DNA of 64,000 nt. Origin: Octopus sinensis. Taxonomy: Eukaryota. The notes under the pieces were generated by a model, which worked only from the letters and a program-made list of their open reading frames with translations, made no database searches and was not told where the DNA came from. Location of the stretch: the NCBI RefSeq assembly GCF_006345805.1, contig NC_043004.1, positions 14,322,001-14,386,000 on the forward strand. The letters run 5' to 3'. Below, piece after piece: positions 1-13,383 of the stretch; positions within the stretch are counted from its first letter, which is position 1, and every line of letters starts with the position of its first letter. The position numbers were made by a program, and so were the translations under genes.

Positions 1-560
1 TGTAGACATAACTCATAATCTTTTCTTGTATCTGATCTAAACGATCCAAATTTCCATTCACTTTCTGCAATACATATAGGCCTTTTAAACGATCATTAAT
101 TTCTTTTACGTTTCCTGTTGTTATGTGTAATTTGAAATATAAGGCACTAATTGTTTCTCGTGCACCTGTTGGCATACAGATCCCCTATATTCATCTGTTC
201 TGAAATACATTCTTATGCCTTGGTTAAAATTGTGCACAGTCAGTTGCACCTGCATATGATACTTACTAAACTACTACAAGCAGTGGGCATAGAGGAAATT
301 GATTATAGTTTGTTCAAATGTTATAGAAGACATGGTAATTTCGTCCGACAAGTTGGGTAATGGAATCATTGCTTGCCAAAAGAGTCAAGGACACAAAGCA
401 TTTACTTCAAAAGCTTTTATTCAATGCTGGTCTTGACTGTCTTCTCTTTGTCTTATAATGGTGCAATACCGTTTTCCCATTTTACCTTTTTATGACCAAC
501 GAATTTCGTTAGAGTTGATGTTATGCCTCAACACCATTCAGGAGAATGCGATATTAGATA
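1..560 (-). mobile_element. Degraded reverse-transcriptase fragment of an R4/Dong-type non-LTR retrotransposon
   Basis: Minus-strand translation gives ALCP*LFWQAMIPL / IINFLYAHCL**FSKY / VHNFNQGIRMYF, colinear with the SPLLF..L.PL / HLLYMDDLKL / V..FS.DI.M.F RT motifs of this clade; many stops; upstream flank is (AAG)n(AAT)n on the sense strand. Confidence 0.6.
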
Positions 561-593
561 TCTAAGAACATATGGCAAATAAAGAACCAACTC

Positions 594-682
594 TTCTTCT
601 TCTTCTTCTTCTTCTTCTTCTTCTTCTTCTTCTTCTTCTTCTTCTTCTTCTTCTTCTTCTTCTCTTCTTCTTCTTCTTCTTC

Positions 683-731
<49 letters not shown>

Positions 732-751
732 CATTATTATTATTATTATTT
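594..751. repeat. Compound microsatellite (CTT)n then (ATT)n
   Basis: Seen directly in the sequence. Confidence 0.98.
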
Positions 752-756
752 ATTTA

Positions 757-1095
757 TTTTTCATATACGCTCAGCAGACTGTTGGAAAAGAAAAACTCCT
801 AACATGTGACTACAACAAATGTTTAAGGATAGTTCCCGATGCATCTATAGAGACAGGGGTACCTTTTGCCCGCACTTTCCCCAGTCTCTGTAACTCAATG
901 GCCAGGTCCTGTTACATTGCTATTTTCCCTATACTTCTCATATTGATTCTCATCATTTACGACTATAACGTCAATTATCCGGCACTTTCTATTCTCTTTA
1001 TCCATTACTACTAAATTAGGTTTTCTAGCTTCTTTTACTATGTCCGTTTAAATGTTAAAGTCCCACAGCATCTTATATTTCTTACGTTTTCATAC
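757..1095 (-). mobile_element. R4/Dong-type 3' fragment (endonuclease domain plus short 3' UTR), family B
   Basis: Minus strand reads KMLWDFNI*TDIVKEARKPNLVVMDKENRKCRIIDV...DLAIELQRL; 3' end abuts the (AAT)n tract. Confidence 0.85.
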
Positions 1096-1104
1096 TTAAG
1101 CAAA

Positions 1105-1250
1105 GTCGACATCAAATTCCACCGAGGTCGACTTTGCATTTTATTCTTTCAAGTTCGATAAAATGAGTACAGTTTCAGTACTGGGGTCGATGTATTAGAC
1201 TCCCTCCCCCAAATTTCAGGCCTTGTGCCTCTAGTAGAAATTATTATTAT
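1105..1250 (+). mobile_element. SINE family A, 5'-truncated copy with (ATT)n tail
   Basis: tcaaattccaccgaggtcgactttgc...ctggggtcgatgta...agtagaaattattattat matches the body and tail of the full copies at 2986 and 37989. Confidence 0.85.
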
Positions 1251-1415
1251 TTCACTTTACTACATGTGTTTTTGGAGCTTCTGGAATTTGCATGCGTAGC
1301 GGGCTTGCTAACTACAGCCTACGGTACTATGCTATTCGTTCTTTTCAGCTATCTAATACTTTTCTGATTATTCAGGCCGTGCCAAGGAGGCAAACGTTTT
1401 GTAATGTCAAGCAGA
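1251..1415 (-). mobile_element. R4/Dong-type extreme 3' fragment, family A
   Basis: Minus strand ends CLLGTA*IIRKVLDS*; its 3' UTR resembles that of the copy at 1950-2925; it is joined tail-to-tail to the SINE (ATT)n tail. Confidence 0.8.
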
Positions 1416-1784
1416 GAAGTTGAATTGTTGAGAATCTTTTTAACTTAGCTCTTATATCTATTGTTTGAATATATATATATATATATATATATAAATTAAA
1501 ATATAAAATTAAAATAAGGGTGAACATTTGAATAATAATTTGATTAATATGAATTTAAAACCAGTGGTGTAGCATATAAGACCATAGCGGATCTTCTTCT
1601 AGCAAAATAGATGTCCACTGTTAATGGTTCATCCCTGTTATATAATAGTTTCACTTTAATAGGTTCAGTATTAAAGTGAAAGTATCTGACATTACTATAG
1701 AGAGATGTTTTTGTTTCACTTTTAACAAGTAATACTGAAACAGTGGAGAAGATATGATATTGCTGTGGGCTCGCCCTAGGTCAT

Positions 1785-1942
1785 AAGTTAAAACTTTTTC
1801 CCCATGACACTACATGGACCCTACGTAGGCATGTGTAACATTTGAATGAAATTGGTTGTGTAGTTCTCAAGTTTTAGGGATTCACACACACACACACAGA
1901 GACAGACAGACAGACACACATTCTCAGTTTTATATACATAGT
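1785..1942 (+). mobile_element. DINE-1/HINE-like (Helitron-related) non-autonomous 3' end
   Basis: gaaattggttgtgtagttctcaagttt...(CA)n/(CAGA)n...cattctcagttttatatacatag has the DINE-like 3' layout; related ends occur at 18630, 19085 and 50300. Confidence 0.4.
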
Positions 1943-1949
1943 TTATTAT

Positions 1950-2924
1950 TATTTTCTCTTTATCACAGTTTATTCTGAAGATCTTGGAGTCTTGCATACC
2001 TAGCGGCCTTGTTAACTGCAGCCCACGGTACCATGCTATTCATTCTTTCGAGCTAACTAATGCTGACTAATAATTCCCTGATTATTCTGGCCTTACCAAG
2101 GAGGCAAACCTTTCGTAACAGTTCTACTGGGTACTTTATTCCAGTTTCTTTTATATATTTCTTGATACCTTCTACTATTGTTTACAAGGACCCAACAATA
2201 ATTAACACCATCTTCACCGTCTTCATTTTCCATAGTCGGGCTATTTCGTACTTTTCGCCTTCCTTCTTGACTATTCGTGGGTCAAATGGACATGCAACAA
2301 GAAGTATATAGCTAGCATATGTGGTCCATCTTGTCCACCACCACTAGGTCTGGTCTGTTATGCTTTAGCACCTAATCTGTTTGGATTGGGAAATCCCAGA
2401 ATATTTAGCTAGTCTCCAATTCAGTTTCTCTCTACGCTTTGTTCTCATACCATGTCTTGCCCCTCTCTAGCCGCCACTTTTCGCACAGTTTCCAATCTAT
2501 CCTTTTCGCTACCTGGTCGTGTCGCCACGACTTTTAGTAGTTTGGGGAAAGTCTGGGACATTTGTTAGTGATATGTGCAATTGCTTCATCCACTCTAATG
2601 CAGATGCGGCACAGCGGAGACACTTGCACATTCCTAAGGTTGACCCTCCAGTTTGTAGCCAAGGCTTCGTCTTGCGCTGCCAGTATAGTGCTCTCGGTTT
2701 CGTCTTTTAGTGTTCATTTCATTAACCAATCTCGCCTATTTTTCTCAGTAACTTTTGTTCTGGCTACATAGAATTGATTGTGTAGTCCCTTCTTGTGTAA
2801 TTCTTCTTCATCTCCTTTTTGCACTTCTTCCTTTGTTTCCCCTTTTTTCTCGGCTCTCAATACTCTCTCGTTCTTAACTGTCACTAGCAAGGTTTCCTTA
2901 CTTTGGTACTTTGAGCCAATTATC

Positions 2925-2925
<1 letters not shown>
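1950..2925 (-). mobile_element. R4/Dong-type 5'-truncated copy, family A (degraded)
   Basis: Minus strand reads ETESTILAAQDEALATNW...CRICIRVDEAIAHITNKC...RHDQVAKRIDWKLC (CCHC knuckle), then the endonuclease domain; flanked by (AAT)n and (GAT)n on the sense strand. Confidence 0.88.
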
Positions 2926-2967
<42 letters not shown>

Positions 2968-2985
2968 TATTAACTTTATTATTAA

Positions 2986-3197
2986 GGCGGCGAGCTAGCA
3001 GAATCGTTAGTGCTCCGGACGAAATGCTTAGGGGGTTTTCGTCCGTCGCTACCTTCTGAGTTCAAATACTGCCGAGGTGGACTTTACCTTTCATCTTTTC
3101 AGGGTGGTTAAAATAAGTACCATTTGAACGCTGGTGTCGATGTAATCGTCTCATCCTCTTCCCTACAATAGCTCCACCTGTGGAAAATTTTGAAACC
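2986..3197 (+). mobile_element. tRNA-derived SINE family A
   Basis: ggcggcgagctagcagaatcg (A box), gagttcaaatac (B box), conserved body, followed by a (CAT)/(ATT)n tract to about 3297. Confidence 0.9.
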
Positions 3198-3226
3198 ATT
3201 ATTATCATCATCATCATCATAATCAC

Positions 3227-3298
<72 letters not shown>

Positions 3299-4614
3299 GG
3301 GTTTTATACACTCTGTATGCATACAAAATATTTATTGTCCTGTTAAACAGTTAGCAGTTTGCTATATTTGAATTTTGGGAAAAAGAGTTTTTGCGGAAAG
3401 TACAATACTTTGATTTTGTTTCTAGGTCACTGGGTCTAAAATTTTGAAATATTATCAAAGGAATTTATATTTGAAAATACGAACACAGTAGCGATTATGG
3501 TGGCAGCATATACGAGGGATAAAAGGAAGGTGATTCATATAGTGGGTAGGAATTCGCATTAAAAATATTATCTCTGCTATAAACATGAGTAAATATAACA
3601 CGAACCACCATCGATGATGACTTGTAAAACCGCCACTACCACCACCTTAACGCATGCTTCCGCCGCTATAGCCGCCGGGATCAACACCACCGCCACCATC
3701 AGCATCAGCCCCGCCATCACTACCACCACGACTGTAGCATGAAGAAACAGCAGAAAAATCATGAAAATTTAAGAAGACATTCACAAAACAACTGAAAGAG
3801 AATTATTAGTAGTAGTACGAGCAGCGACAGCAATACCAGGCCCACCACTACCACTAACATCACCTCTATCATAAACATCGCAAATGGCGAGATTACTATA
3901 TCGTGTAGTAAAGACACGAACAGAAATAGTTGCGCTAAACTCTCAGCACAAATGCTCACCATTCTCTTTGCAGTACTGTAAACATTTCTAATGTTTGTTT
4001 TGGAAACAAATTAGTGTCAATGTTTCTAACATTTTCATATGAATTTAATATCATAAGTTCTTTGGCATTTTACCAAAACTATTGTAAAACTCAAATTTTA
4101 TTGTGACAAATTTCTTCAGAAATTTAATTGAGAAATAAACTTGAAGGTCAACATGTGTTTTCTGAAGTGACAATAACGATATTTAACATAAGCGGAAAAT
4201 AGTTTGTTTACAAAACATAGAAAGAACGATTATATCAACCTCAATATTTGTCTGGTATTACTTTAACGACTTGCGTCTCATAAAACGTAGAGTGAACATT
4301 TGAATTGGGAACATAAAGTAACGTAACTAAGGGTCGGTTAAAATATTGTCACTCGACCAACTATTTCTATCAACTCAGGAATAATATCCAGAATAGGCAC
4401 TTTCACTTTCGTATGTTTCATGTTCTTTCACTCCCTCTATCTCTCTTTTTCCATCCCTTTTCCCGTCTCTCCCTCTTTCTCTAGCTCTCTGTTTTCCACA
4501 CACACACACACACACACACACCATGCATGCCATTCATTCCATTTTCCCATATAATCCGTCCATTATTCAATGTGTCCAACACTATCAACCCAACCACCAC
4601 TATAATTATCATTC

Positions 4615-4897
4615 ATATAAGCAAAACAGATTAGATCTGGAAAAGAAAAATTGCAAAATCGAGTCAAGAGCCCTTCTAAGTGTCCTAGCTGTCCCTAATA
4701 ACACTGTTATCTGGAGCTGTAGTAAACTGTACTAAACTAGGTTTAGTGCCTATTTCCTCTATCCTTCTGTTCAAATATTTAGGGATAGTTCCTAATACAT
4801 CTATAACTAATATGATACATTCTACCTGCATTTCCCATAATCTCTGTAGTTCAATGGATAGGCTTTGGTACTTCGCTATTTTTTCTATACCTCTCCA
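4615..4897 (-). mobile_element. R4/Dong-type 3' fragment, family B
   Basis: Minus strand reads EKIAKYQSLSIELQRLWEMQVECIILVIDVLGTIPK...VLLGTARTLRRALDS; the 3' UTR motif ttttcttttcca...tatatgaa is shared with 757-1095. Confidence 0.85.
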
Positions 4898-4923
4898 TTA
4901 TTATTATTATTATTATTATTATT

Positions 4924-6140
4924 TTTTTTTTCTTCTTCTTTCAAATTAGCTTCCATTTCTTGCCGAGTGTCTTCCCGACTCCTAGGGCAAAGAAACTCAT
5001 AGTATACATTGGTAGGCCATGAAACTAAACTCAATAGTTCGTTCATTTAAAAAAAAAAAATTAAGTTAAATTAAAATACATGGGTAGTAATAGTTCTCAC
5101 ATCGACAATGCTCTTCTCAATACGTGTGATGTACCAGTTAAGACAATCTTTTGCACCTCTTGCAGGGATGGTAAGCCAGGGATAATTCTCATATAATTTT
5201 CGGTTCCCTTCTTGATCATTCCTAGTGCTCCTACGATCACTGGTATTGTAACCGCCTTGAGATGCCACATTTTCTCAATTTCAATGAGCAGGTCTTTATA
5301 TTTACTGAGCTTGTCAAACTCTTTCGCTGAGATATTATGATCACATGGGATGCTCATGTCAATCAATAAGCAAACTTTATTGTTTTGGTCTTTCACAACA
5401 ATATCTGGTTTATTGGCCTTGATGGTTCGGTCTATATGTACTGGAAAGTCCCACAGAATGGTTACATTTTCTCCTTCAGTTACAGCCTCAGGGTGGTGAT
5501 TATACCACTTGTCGGCAGTTTTGATATTGTAATGCCGACTTATTAGCCAGTGTAGATATTGGCCAACTCTGTCATGTCTTAATTGATACTCCACTGGTGC
5601 TAAGACTTTACATCCAGAGATTAGGTGGTCCACTGTTTCAATCATGTCGTTGCAGAATCGGCATTTTGGGTCTGCTCCATTTTTCATCACATTGGCCTGG
5701 TAGTTCCGAGTTAATAGGCTTTGATCTTGAGCAGCCACGATGAAACCTTCACTCTCTGCTTTTAGCCCTGAGCTCCGTAGCCACTGATGGGTTTCCTTCT
5801 GGTCAACATCAGCTTGTTTGCTGCGAGCCACATATTTGCCGTGCAGAGGTTTCTCCTTCCACCCATCAGCCAATTGCTCGTGCGCTTTTTTCGTTGCCAT
5901 TATTTTCACCTTCTCTGCAACAATATTTGCCGTACTTCCCTCGGGTTGTTCAGTTTGGGTATCCTGCATGAGATCAATAGCAAATTTTTTGCTTTCCTTT
6001 ATGATAGAATGAAGCTTCTTTCGTCTCTCGTGATTTTCCACGAGCTTTACCATCCAGTCATTCGTTATTTCGAGATATTTGGCCAGTCCAATTGTGGTTG
6101 TTTTGTAAGCTAGTTCAAATTGGATCAGGCCTCGACCTCT
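4924..6140 (-). mobile_element. R4/Dong-type 5'-truncated copy, family C, with an uninterrupted reading frame
   Basis: (ATT)n on both sides on the + strand (4898-4923, 6141-6157); open frame to its natural stop; about 170-bp 3' UTR. Confidence 0.95.
5097..6140 (-). CDS. C-terminal 347 codons of a non-LTR ORF: RT thumb, CCHC zinc knuckle, restriction-like endonuclease
   Basis: The frame is open for 29 codons upstream of the tracked Met (RGRGLIQFELAYK...). Contains AAQDQSL, CRFC...HLISGC, RHDRVG, WDFPV, KPDIVV...LIDMSIP...KLSKY and VIVGALG. Confidence 0.92.
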   Translation of the reverse strand, partial: RGRGLIQFELAYKTTTIGLAKYLEITNDWMVKLVENHERRKKLHSIIKESKKFAIDLMQDTQTEQPEGSTANIVAEKVKIMATKKAHEQLADGWKEKPLHGKYVARSKQADVDQKETHQWLRSSGLKAESEGFIVAAQDQSLLTRNYQANVMKNGADPKCRFCNDMIETVDHLISGCKVLAPVEYQLRHDRVGQYLHWLISRHYNIKTADKWYNHHPEAVTEGENVTILWDFPVHIDRTIKANKPDIVVKDQNNKVCLLIDMSIPCDHNISAKEFDKLSKYKDLLIEIEKMWHLKAVTIPVIVGALGMIKKGTENYMRIIPGLPSLQEVQKIVLTGTSHVLRRALSM

Positions 6141-6157
6141 TTATTATTATTATTATT

Positions 6158-6671
6158 GGGTGAGAGAGCAGAGCATGCCATCAAAGTGACACTGGGGTAA
6201 AATATGTGAAGTCCAGTATACCCATCATGACTGCCCGTCTGATAAAGGTACATCAGGCACATGCATCAAAACTATATGTGCGCGACATGGTGATCTCATA
6301 TCGAGATAACCAGCACATGACCTTGCAGGTGGGGCCCAGTTAGAATTTTCTTCTTGTCGATTAACCATACCACTCAAAAGGTCCCTGTTTCCAGAGGTGA
6401 ATTATTCAAACCACAAAGAATACCTCTCAACACATGGCCATGATGCTCCCCCACTACTTCTGCTTGTGATCAGAGATGCACATATCGTCAGCCACTAAGG
6501 GACATGCTCAAATGGTTAAGGTAAAACAACTGACAAGCAAATCTGTGGTATTGAGCAGAATATTTGCTGTAGCCCATCTTTTATACGAAGACAAAACAAT
6601 GTACATGATAACATTTCCAATTAGTTAAGTTCTGAAGCAAAGAGAGATAATGCCTGGTATTGCATGAAGAC

Positions 6672-6673
<2 letters not shown>
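6158..6673 (-). mobile_element. Copy of the ~556-bp non-coding (AAT)n-targeted element, with a ~39-bp internal deletion
   Basis: Reverse complement of 60159-60714 and 60804-61359 with the same two termini; (ATT)n on both sides. Confidence 0.9.
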
Positions 6674-6735
<62 letters not shown>

Positions 6736-6745
6736 GTTATTGTTA

Positions 6746-6800
<55 letters not shown>
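6674..6800. repeat. (ATT)n microsatellite
   Basis: Seen directly in the sequence. Confidence 0.98.
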
Positions 6801-6802
<2 letters not shown>

Positions 6803-7896
6803 CAAACGAAACGTTGTGTTAACAACAGTCAAAATGAGGATAAATATCCGTCAAATGTAAATAACATACGTAATGTAAATACTGTACATATTTCCTCATC
6901 TCTTAAATATAGAACCGAAACATTCTTAGTTGTAGGTGTTACAAGATACAATTCAAGAAACTGGAAGAGGACATTTTTAAAGAACAAAACAGTGCAGTTA
7001 AGCAAATAACTGATCCCAGTACAAGCAATACGGTTAAAGAGTAAGAATCCCAAACATAAACTACAACTTTAACATAATAAACTGGTATTTGATTGAACCG
7101 AAGAACTTTGATCTAAAAAAAAGAAACATTGATAGCAGTCTGAAACAATCATCCTAAAGGCGATATAGTTAGACTTAAGTCACTCCACACACGGGGATAA
7201 CAGAAACTGACGTAATTAGATAAACACAAAAATCAACTGCAGGGGTACAAGAGCTTAAAATATTACAAATAGAAATTTGTAGGATAAGAAAATATGATGA
7301 AAGCAGAAAATTTTACTTTTTATATTATGAAAGAAACTAAATAAAAAAAAAGAACAAACAAGAAGTTAACTAAACTCGGAGGATATATTTAGAAAAGTAA
7401 AACATCATAGAAAAAAATCGGAATGAAATAAAAAGACAAGATCAAATCAAAATTCCAAAATATACTTAAGATTTAAAAAGAACAGGAAAAGCTATTTCAG
7501 TCCAAAGTCACGCAATATTCAGTCGAGATTAAACATGCTAGATTGAGGGCTAACAATGGTTTAAAATCTTCGTGTTAAAAACAAAATCGAATGTCTGAAT
7601 TTAGCTAAATAACTAGAATAATAACAAGGTAGGGAAAATGTTAAAAAAAACGCAAGTATGGGATGAAAATAATGCAATCAGACGAGTTAACTGCAATATT
7701 CGATGCAAAATACCTTCAATATTTGAATACATCAATAAATATTATATAGTGGAGATTTTCGACAACTGAGTAATAAACTGAGCAGCATAGACATGTATCA
7801 GACATTAGAGTGTAGTGTTAATAATTTAGGGCATGTGTTTTTAGCTGACTAAAGACGTTAGAGAAAATCACTCAAATATAGTAAAGTACTATAATA

Positions 7897-8349
7897 GGCG
7901 CAGGAGTGGCTGTGTGGTAAGTAGTTTGCTTACCAACCACATCGTTCTGGGTTCATTCCAAATGCGTGGCACCTTGGGCAAGTGTCGTCTTCTACTATAG
8001 CCTCAGGCCGACCAAAGCATTGTGAGTGGATTTGGTAGACAGAAACTGAAAGAAACCCGTCGTATATATGTATATATATATATGTAGGTGTGTGTGTATG
8101 TGTTTATGTGTTTGTCCCCCCAACATTGTGTTTGTCCCCCCCAACATTGTGTTTGTCCCACACCCAAACATCGCTTCACAACCGATGCTGGTGTGTTTAC
8201 GTCCCCGTAACTTAGAGGTTCGGGAAAAGAGACTGATAGAATAATTACTAGGCTTTGAAAGAATAAGTCCTGTGGTCGATTTGCTCGACAAATGGCGGTG
8301 CTCTAGCATGGCTACGGTCAAATGACTAAAACAAGTAAAAGAGTAAAAG
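7897..8349 (+). mobile_element. tRNA-derived SINE family B, full length, with 13-bp target-site duplication
   Basis: Head ggcgcaggagtggctgtgtggtaag, B-box-like gggttcattcc, internal (TA)/(TG) tract, (gtaaaaga)n tail; agtactataatag is repeated at 7885-7897 and 8350-8362. Confidence 0.92.
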
Positions 8350-8479
8350 AGTACTATAATAGAAATGACTGTATTTTGGCCGTCAGACAATCAGATCGAG
8401 AAAACATCGAAGAGCGAGTGTTTTAATTTTAATACGCGTGTGGTGTGGCGTGGTGTATAGAAGTAAAATCAGTAATGTA

Positions 8480-9300
8480 CAATGAATACATATATCAAGC
8501 ATTATAAAACATACCAGGGTACGCGATTTTACAAACTCCCCGAAACGAAGTCCTCTTATACGACAAATCAAACATCTCAATTCTGTTCCACTACACCAAT
8601 AGAATCACAATACAATAAGCCTGTACGACACATACTTGACGAAAATACCAATAAACAACGTAACACGATACATATATCCCAAGGGTAGAGAAAGATGTTA
8701 AAAGAGTCTAACAGCATTCCTTTTAATTTCTAAATAATGGGCCCGTGGATATTTTTGAGCAGCAGATTAAGATTTTTGCAAATTATTTTATGAATAGCCA
8801 GGAGAAAATATTTAGAACTAATCCTCAACATATATATTTTATACAATCAATAACTTCCGATTTATTTGAATAGGACAGCTTTAGCATTTACATTTTGTTT
8901 ATAACAAATAATTCACAAAAAGTAAAATGAATGAATAAATAGCAATAATGGATTTATTTTTTGGCAGAAGTTTGATACTTAAGTGCATTCATTGTTTTAT
9001 TATTAACAATGATATAACAGAGACGTTGAAATAAATCGAAACATTTTAGAAAGTGTTTTTAAATAATATCAATGGTTTTAGAAAGACAATGTTAAGAATT
9101 AATTGCAATTATGAAAGAGAATAGACAACAATATTGTATTATTTTAAATCAACAAATAATAAGAAAACAGATGTAAATTATATAAAACCGAATAATATTA
9201 TTCAATACATGTTAACTTTTATGAAACAAAACAAAAAATCAAAGGATTACGTATTTCGATACCATTGAAATATTTTCGATGATAGTTTGGTTATTTTGAG
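8480..9300 (+). mobile_element. Heavily degraded Penelope-like RT remnant
   Basis: Colinear peptide relics RFYKLP..., NSVPL, LELILN...RTA and KTDVNYIKPNNIIQY resemble the Penelope FY.LPK / VPLRP / LELIL.NN..GTAMG / TDVY.KPT...QY motifs; many frameshifts. Confidence 0.4.
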
Positions 9301-9734
9301 AACTTTTGTCAGTATAATTTCTCCTACAAAAAAACATGACATATTACGAAGTAGAAGAAAATATTCTCTAACATTAATGTGTTGACGAATATACTGTTAA
9401 TGTTACCACTGCAAATCTTTTCATAAGGGGTAAATTTTCAAGAAAACGTTTCCAAAATATCAAATAATCAAACTCCGGAATTTTCGGTCCTATTACTGTC
9501 GTTTCTCAAACCCTTTCAATGCATTTTTTCATCGACTCTAAATGGTTTCAATAAACTGAACATTTTTAGAGTAAAGATTGTTTACCAACATAACATGACA
9601 GTCCTGGTTTAGGACGAATGTTGCTGAAATTTAGCCCCAGGAGACATCATCTCCAGCTGGCTATACGACACGATCAGTGTCCTTATATTTTCGAACAAGG
9701 GAATCTAGCACTCTCACTAAGTTCAAAACAATAT

Positions 9735-9777
9735 CTGTGTATCGCGATTTCCGGGTTATTTCCCTTCATCAGCACAG
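9735..9777 (-). ncRNA. Minimal type I hammerhead ribozyme motif
   Basis: Minus strand: CTGTG-CTGATGA-AGGG aaataa CCCG-GAAA-TCGCGA-TA-CACAG, giving stem I (5 bp), complete core, GGG/CCC stem II, palindromic stem/loop III (ATCGCGAT) and a UA cleavage site. Confidence 0.8.
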
Positions 9778-9899
9778 AACAATTGTTCGGCTAGATGTGG
9801 CGCTGTCAAATTCCCGTTCGAATTATATAGTTTTCAAAGTGACAACCAATCACTGATCTATAAATTAGAAAATTACTATTTTTTAAATCTCACAACCTT

Positions 9900-11560
<1,661 letters not shown>

Positions 11561-12088
11561 AGAGAATTCAATAACATCTCACCGAATAAATATATATAGA
11601 ATAAATCATATTACTGCAACGTATATTCCTAAAACACCACAGTGAAGACTTGTCTAATAATTACATATACACGTTTACATTAAATTCATAATTTGTTACA
11701 GATAATATTAATGAGTGACTCGAACAATATCATCATTGATAATGAAAATCTCACAATATTAATAGCGGTGGGAAGGCATAATCTTTGATGCATAAAATAG
11801 ATGTGACAGGCCTAGATGTTATAATAATGCACGGAAAAATATATTCGTATATCTACTGCATTTAGAATACGTGAACACTGACAGATTTCTTAATTTTATA
11901 AAGGAAAATGCTTATTATTCACTAACTCGTCGATAAACGGAGTTTTGTTTCAAATTTCTGTTCTACTATCCTAAAACTGCTACCAGAAAATGAATGCACA
12001 AAAGGTGTTATTTTTATACAGATAATTAAATAATTTCTTTTCCTTATAGATATATACACACACAAACGCACACACACACACAAATATA

Positions 12089-12129
<41 letters not shown>

Positions 12130-13029
12130 CATACACACAAAACACACATTCCCACACACGTATATATGTATTTATGTATTTCAAACGCAGTCTACGAAGA
12201 CCCTGTATGTGGGGAAAAATCTAAACGATGTTATGCGCAAGATAATATTAAAAAATGTATGTATGTTTTTTTAATATGTGAAAGAGTAAAATTTCTGTGT
12301 CAATAAGGAAAATATATGAAACGGGTGATATTTTGAAGGCATGTGATGTAGTAGTTACTGTAGAAAATGGAAGTATAATAATGAGGAAAAGGTAAAGGAA
12401 TCCATGAAATAGTTTCTGTGTATGTGTAATGAAAACAAGTATACTCTTGCGTAGTTCAACATTAATACCCTGCATCATATTTATTATTAAAATGATTTCG
12501 TTATTTTTATTTGCTTAAAAAACATACATTTTTCTTTGTTTCTTGTATATAGTAAGTAAATATATATCGGGTTTTATTTTACTTTGTACACTTTTAATTT
12601 CATGAACACTCTGATACAAAATATTACACGGGTTAATGAGGGGCAAATAAATTAAGATCAAGTCGAAATATTCTTGCTATTTACTTTTGTTTGTCCTTAA
12701 TGATGTCTATTAACAATGTTGTTGATGTATTGAAACTGAGTCGAGCGCATCACTGCTTGTTTATGTAACCGGTTGTGTATTCACATGACGGAAAGTATAT
12801 AATTGCCGTTTATTCTCTAATGTATTATTCTAAGATGGTTTTTACATTTGATACTAGATATGTGTACACATATTTCTAACGGTTCATTGAGAAATGTCTG
12901 CCAGTTCCAAAAAGGAATGTATATACGTTTGATATGGTGGTAGTCTCATGTGGTTCTAGGAGGGCTCTGCATTTTTTTTTTATGGAACCTGTAAAAATGA
13001 TTTATTTATAGTGATCGAATGTTTGTGCT

Positions 13030-13200
13030 GTATACTCACTTCGACCATGAAATTGACGTTGCATAAACCGGCGCACGGTGTATCACACGTCAGGTTTTCA
13101 GGTGATAGCAGAGCAACGTGAAATGAAGTCCTTTGTTCAAGAGCACAAAGCAGAATCTGGTGCAGGGATCGCAACAGCGATCTCATGATCGTGACTGCAA
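13030..13200 (-). mobile_element. SINE family C, partial and diverged
   Basis: gagcaacgtgaaatgaagt...caagagcacaa...tcatgatcgtga is the reverse complement of the body of 40003-40238. Confidence 0.65.
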
Positions 13201-13230
13201 CCGTCAGATATACATATGTAAATAACAGAA

Positions 13231-13383
13231 CTTAATCCGTCAAAAGGTGCATTTGTTAATGTATTGCATAATTGTCAATGCACAAAAGAAAAATTAGATA
13301 GTCTTGGTTTCAATACTTATATGTTTCGGTCCATGGACGAAATGACAACGAGTCAGGCGATAAGAGAGTACGCAATCAACAAA
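13231..13383 (+). pseudogene. Duplicated coding segment (copy A) of an unknown protein
   Basis: Open frame LNPSKGAFVNVLHNCQCTKEKLDSLGFNTYMFRSMDEMTTSQAIREYAINK; aligns without gaps to 15128-15268. Confidence 0.55.

Noticed and set aside
528-802. Homopolymeric ORFs (poly-I/L/E/Y/N) here and across the window
   Set aside because: They are translations of microsatellites and appear in several frames and on both strands.
2986-3075. tRNA gene at SINE heads (A and B boxes)
   Set aside because: No full cloverleaf; it continues into a repeated SINE body and tail, so it is tRNA-derived rather than a tRNA gene.
5787-6113. 108-aa and 64-aa plus-strand ORFs
   Set aside because: They are antisense shadows of the R4/Dong ORF.
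7010-7700. Purine-rich stretch suggestive of a decayed LINE coding strand
   Set aside because: No diagnostic endonuclease or RT motif could be recovered.
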